Part shown: positions 15,803-19,656 of the stretch, in pieces | How the letters are laid out: every line of letters starts with the position of its first letter | How positions within the stretch are numbered: the stretch's first letter is position 1 | Assembly: GCA_026387835.1 (NCBI GenBank) | Contig: JAPLKZ010000003.1 | Span: 9,573 to 29,228 of the forward strand | DNA: 19,656 bases | Direction of reading: 5' to 3' | From: Candidatus Saganbacteria bacterium | GTDB lineage: Bacteria > Margulisbacteria > WOR-1 > JAKLHX01 | Translations under genes and position numbers: made by a program | Notes under the pieces: model-generated | Told to the model about the DNA's origin: nothing | Database searches by the model: none | Seen by the model: the letters and a program-made list of their open reading frames with translations, nothing else

Positions 15803-15811
15803 AGATTGGTT

Positions 15812-17065
15812 CTATAAGGCTTTAAAAAGCCTTCCCGCTTCCCATACCGCTTCAGGCAGGGTAGGGTGGGAGTGGATGGTCTTTGAGATGTCCTGAGCCG
15901 TAAGTTTATTCCTTATCGCCAGAGTGATCTCTGCGATCAGGTCGGAAGCATTGTCCCCGATGATATGGCCGCCTAAAAGGACCCCGGTCTTGGCATTAGC
16001 GACCAGTTTGACAAAACCTTCCCGTTCTCCCGATACGGTCGACTTGCCCAGCGCGGCAAAGTTGAATTTTGATGTTTTTATATCCATCCCTTTCTCTTTA
16101 GCTTCTTTTTCTGTCAGACCGCAGGAAGCGACTTCAGGAAACGAGAACGTGCAGGAAGGAACAGCGCTGTAGTCCATAACTGCGTCTTTTTCGCAGGCAT
16201 TTCTCGCGGCGACTATGCCCTGCATCGTTGCCGTATGCGCATACATAGATATGCCGGTGACATCGCCGATCGCATAGATCCCCGGGGTCGCCGTTTCCAT
16301 CTTTTCATTAACGTCTATCTTTTCGTATTTTCTTCCTGAAGCTATCATCACAGGGATCCCGCTTACTTCTAGGGCATTGATATCGGCTTTACGGCCCGTT
16401 TCTATCTTTATACCCTTTTTTCTGAGAATCGACTCGAGCAAAGAGGATATTTCTTCATCTTCAGAAGGAAGTATTTTAGGGAGCATCTCATAAAGGCTAA
16501 CTTCGGATCCCAAAACGTTGAATATACAAGCGAACTCGACCCCGACCGCACCGGCGCCGATTATCGCGATCCTTTCCGGTAATGTTTCCATGTCCAGGAC
16601 CTCATCGCTAGTGAGAAAACCTTCTGCCGCGGCTTTTTCGGTCCCTGTCGCGATTATTACCTTGGAACAATTAAGGGCCTGTTCTTTTCCTTCGTTTTCG
16701 ACTGACACGCTTCCTGCGCCTTTTACTGAGGCTTTCCCGTTTATTATTTCTATTCCTGCATTCTTGAAAGACAAGGCTAGCGCTTTGCGCAGCCGGGAGA
16801 CAACATTATTCTTTCTTTCCTGTATCTTCTTCCAGTCAAAAGAAATATTCTCAGCGCTGAGCCCGAATTCTCCTGCCTTTTTCATCTTCAGGTAAAGCGC
16901 GCAGGAAGCGATGATCGATTTTGTGGGAATGCAGCCTTTATTCAGGCATACGCCGCCGAGGTCAGACTTTTCTATAAGCGCGACTTTTTTATCCAGAGAA
17001 GCAGCTTCAAGCGCTGCAGCTGTTCCTCCGGGTCCGGAGCCGATGACGATGATGTCGTATTTCAT
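15812..17065 (-). CDS. lpdA: Dihydrolipoyl dehydrogenase-family flavoprotein disulfide reductase
   Basis: MKYDIIVIGSGPGG FAD site, redox-active GGVCLNKGCIPTK, IAIIGAGAVGVEFA NAD site and C-terminal HSHPTLPE. I place the start at the ATG at comp. 17065-17063. The ORF-track GTG at 17104 adds 13 residues that fit the family poorly. Confidence 0.85.
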   Translation of the reverse strand: MKYDIIVIGSGPGGTAAALEAASLDKKVALIEKSDLGGVCLNKGCIPTKSIIASCALYLKMKKAGEFGLSAENISFDWKKIQERKNNVVSRLRKALALSFKNAGIEIINGKASVKGAGSVSVENEGKEQALNCSKVIIATGTEKAAAEGFLTSDEVLDMETLPERIAIIGAGAVGVEFACIFNVLGSEVSLYEMLPKILPSEDEEISSLLESILRKKGIKIETGRKADINALEVSGIPVMIASGRKYEKIDVNEKMETATPGIYAIGDVTGISMYAHTATMQGIVAARNACEKDAVMDYSAVPSCTFSFPEVASCGLTEKEAKEKGMDIKTSKFNFAALGKSTVSGEREGFVKLVANAKTGVLLGGHIIGDNASDLIAEITLAIRNKLTAQDISKTIHSHPTLPEAVWEAGRLFKAL

Positions 17066-17115
17066 TGTTGGATAAATTATAACAGATGGAGACAGCGTGT
17101 TCACCGAAAGATCGA

Positions 17116-18477
17116 ATGAGTGCTAAAATTATAGAAATGAAAGAGCCGCTAAAAAAAGACCTCAAATACAACTGGCACCCGTATACCCAGATGAAGGACC
17201 ACGAGACGCTTCCGCCGATATTCATAAAAAAAGCAAAAGGTATCAAGCTTTTTGATGATAATGGCACCTGGTATTATGACACGATCTCAAGCTGGTGGTG
17301 CAATGTCCACGGCCACAACCATCCTCATATCACCAAAGCTGTCAATAAGCAGCTCAAGAAGCTTGACCACGTACCTTTTGCCGGATTCACGCACGAGCCG
17401 GCAATAAAATTATCGGAGAAGTTAATATCGATCGCTCCGAAAGGGCTGACCAGGGTTTTTTATTCGGATAACGGTTCCACTGCTGTTGAAACCGCCGTAA
17501 AGATGTCGCTGCAGTACTGGAACAATATAAGGCGTCCAAAAAAGAATAAGTTCGTTCATCTTGATCTAGGATACCACGGTGATACTGCAGGAACTATGAG
17601 CCTCGGTGGCGTTGATATTTTTAATAAAGTATTCACTCCTTTGTTCTTCAAGTCATACAAGGTCCCCACGCCTTATTGTTACAGGTGCCCGGTGAAGAAG
17701 GAAAGAAAGGACTGTGCGATAGAATGTATAAAGCCGCTTGAAAAGCTTTTAGAAGAAAAAAACAAAGAAATCAGTGCTTTCATAATAGAACCGATGGTCC
17801 TCGGCGCGGCGGGGATGATAATCTATCCCGTTGAATACCTGAAGAAAGCTTATAAGTTATGCAAAAAATACAATGTCCATTTTATCGCGGATGAAGTCGC
17901 CTCCGGTTTCGGAAGGACCGGAAAGATGTTCGCCTGTGAATGGGCGGGCATAAGCCCCGATTTTCTCTGTTTGTCAAAAGGGCTGACATCAGGGATACTG
18001 CCTCTTGCGGCGACATTGACGACAAGAAAAGTCTACAAAGCTTTTTATTCCGATTTTAAGGACAGGAAAACCTTTTATCACGGCCATACCTTTACGGCGA
18101 ACCCGACAGGATGTTCTGTCGCGCTCGCAAGCCTTGAGATATTTGATAAAGAAAAGACCTTAAAAAACGTTAAAAATATTTCAAAACAATTATCTCAGGC
18201 CGTTAAAAAGTTCAAAGTCTTGCCGTTTGCGGGGGATATAAGGACAATAGGTTCGATATTTGCCATAGAGCTGGTAAAAGACAAACGCACAAAAGAGCCG
18301 TTCAGGTTTGAAGACAGGGTGGGATATAAGATCTATAAAGAAGGTTTAAAACATAATCTGATACTCAGGCCGATAGGGGACGTTATATATTTATTTTTGC
18401 CGCTTTCGACGGATAGCGCCCGATTAAATGAAATATTGGCCAAAACAAGGCGGGTTTTAGCTTTTTATGACCGATAA
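17116..18477 (+). CDS. bioA: Adenosylmethionine-8-amino-7-oxononanoate aminotransferase
   Basis: It is co-linear with Bacillus subtilis BioA as I recall it (WHPYTQMKD, SSWWCNVHGH, RVFYSDNGSTAVE, GYHGDT, ADEVASGFGRTGKMFACEW, FYHGHTFTANP, RPIGDVIYLFLPL). The start is ambiguous: in-frame ATGs lie at 17086 (ORF track), 17116 (weak GAAAGA SD) and 17138 (best N-terminal length match). Confidence 0.93.
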   Translation: MSAKIIEMKEPLKKDLKYNWHPYTQMKDHETLPPIFIKKAKGIKLFDDNGTWYYDTISSWWCNVHGHNHPHITKAVNKQLKKLDHVPFAGFTHEPAIKLSEKLISIAPKGLTRVFYSDNGSTAVETAVKMSLQYWNNIRRPKKNKFVHLDLGYHGDTAGTMSLGGVDIFNKVFTPLFFKSYKVPTPYCYRCPVKKERKDCAIECIKPLEKLLEEKNKEISAFIIEPMVLGAAGMIIYPVEYLKKAYKLCKKYNVHFIADEVASGFGRTGKMFACEWAGISPDFLCLSKGLTSGILPLAATLTTRKVYKAFYSDFKDRKTFYHGHTFTANPTGCSVALASLEIFDKEKTLKNVKNISKQLSQAVKKFKVLPFAGDIRTIGSIFAIELVKDKRTKEPFRFEDRVGYKIYKEGLKHNLILRPIGDVIYLFLPLSTDSARLNEILAKTRRVLAFYDR

Positions 18478-18514
18478 ACAATAATTTCCCTCTAAAAGAG
18501 AGTATAATAAATAT

Positions 18515-18757
18515 ATGGACACAAAAGATCCTCAAACCGATGAAAGTAAGATGAGCACCAAACAATTCGTAAGATGGTACAACGACAACGTTCCCGAAGA
18601 TTTTCCCAAAAGTTCCGTCGAATCGATGGATGATTTCAAGAAAAAACATCACGGCCTTTTCAGGGGCCGCCGCAAATGGCAGATAGACAGGCACAGGAAA
18701 CATGTTATGAACTGGCTGTTTATCAGAAAAAGCCTGGAAGCTATAAGTTCTAACTGA
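18515..18757 (+). CDS. Hypothetical basic protein (80 aa), no recognisable family
   Basis: The ORF sits between bioA and a strong terminator. The competing minus-strand ORFs overlap the bioA 3' end or the terminator. No motif recognised. Confidence 0.4.
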   Translation: MDTKDPQTDESKMSTKQFVRWYNDNVPEDFPKSSVESMDDFKKKHHGLFRGRRKWQIDRHRKHVMNWLFIRKSLEAISSN

Positions 18758-18780
18758 CCGCAAAACATTTTCGCAAATAA

Positions 18781-18805
18781 AAAAGGAAGGCAATGCCTTC
18801 CTTTT
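18781..18805. terminator. Bidirectional rho-independent terminator
   Basis: AAAAGGAAGGC (18781-18791), loop aat, GCCTTCCTTTT (18795-18805). The stem core is GGAAGGC/GCCTTCC, flanked by an A-run upstream and a T-run downstream, so it presents a U-tract on either strand. It lies 24 nt after the 18757 stop and ~160 nt beyond the 16S 3' end on the other strand. Confidence 0.7.
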
Positions 18806-18964
18806 TGTTTTCTCTTCAAAACTAGACAGGGATTATATGGCTTGGTCCGCTTCCCAGCGGACAGACCGTTATTAAGCAATACAAAATCGCCTAAGAGATC
18901 GCAAGTCAAAGGATCTTGTCGCTTCCTAAAAGTGACCTTGATCCAAGACCGGTGTTCTCCTTAG

Positions 18965-19656
<692 letters not shown>

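Noticed and set aside
9091-15811. Calling the six-gene cassette a mobile element or integrative island
   Set aside because: I could find no integrase, transposase or recombinase, no tRNA target, and no flanking direct or inverted repeats. Only a compositional impression supports foreign origin, so it is reported as a finding and not as a mobile_element feature.
15816-15833. Palindrome AAGGCTTT-AA-AAAGCCTT at the convergent SDR/lpd junction, as a shared terminator
   Set aside because: It lies inside the lpd coding end. The loop is only 2 nt (6-bp stem if opened) and there is no U-tract on either side, so it is too weak to call.
17066-17137. Operator-like palindrome TGTTGGATAAATTATAACA in the lpd-bioA divergent spacer
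   Set aside because: Its symmetry is poor (inner and outer parts have different centres) and it does not match the 4510-4549 palindrome. I mention it only as a place to look for the bioA promoter.
18383-18909. Minus-strand ORFs of 136 and 86 aa between bioA and the 16S
   Set aside because: They overlap the bioA 3' end and run through the terminator hairpin. They have no SD and no recognisable motifs, and are most likely shadows of the + strand ORF and spacer.

Overview
The window looks like chromosomal DNA from an uncultivated bacterium. It is densely coded, most genes have GGAG-type Shine-Dalgarno sites, and the 16S 3' end carries an intact CCUCC anti-SD.

Gene content, left to right:
- A 5'-partial homospermidine synthase (-), missing from the ORF track because it is open at the window edge.
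- A KimA-like APC permease (-).
- A thioredoxin-type ArsC/LMW-PTP (+).
- A 385-aa protein that I read as a strongly expanded nucleoside-diphosphate-kinase fold (+).
- A 57-aa ORF leading a biotin operon, bioB-bioF-bioH/G-bioC-bioD (+).
- A tightly packed six-gene cassette at 9.2-15.8 kb (+): GHMP sugar kinase, NDP-sugar pyrophosphorylase, beta-PGM-like HAD, radical SAM enzyme with a twitch/SPASM-like Cys motif, GFO/IDH/MocA oxidoreductase, and an extended GalE-like SDR.
- A convergent Lpd-type flavoprotein disulfide reductase (-).
- The displaced bioA (+), an 80-aa orphan ORF and a bidirectional terminator.
- The 3' ~690 nt of a 16S rRNA gene (-).

The best candidate for something undescribed is the six-gene cassette. 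It has the logic of a salvage-type nucleotide-sugar (or cyclitol) activation and tailoring pathway. It also includes a radical SAM enzyme, lacks any glycosyltransferase or exporter, looks compositionally different from its flanks, and splits the bio cluster.

Secondary points of interest:
- The NDK-like protein.
- A promoter with a palindromic operator candidate upstream of the bio operon.
- A ~100-nt nested palindrome between bioB and bioF.
- A 16S gene that is unlinked from 23S, appears to lack most of helix 41, and is divergent at normally near-universal primer sites.

All calls come from reading motifs by eye. No searches were run.
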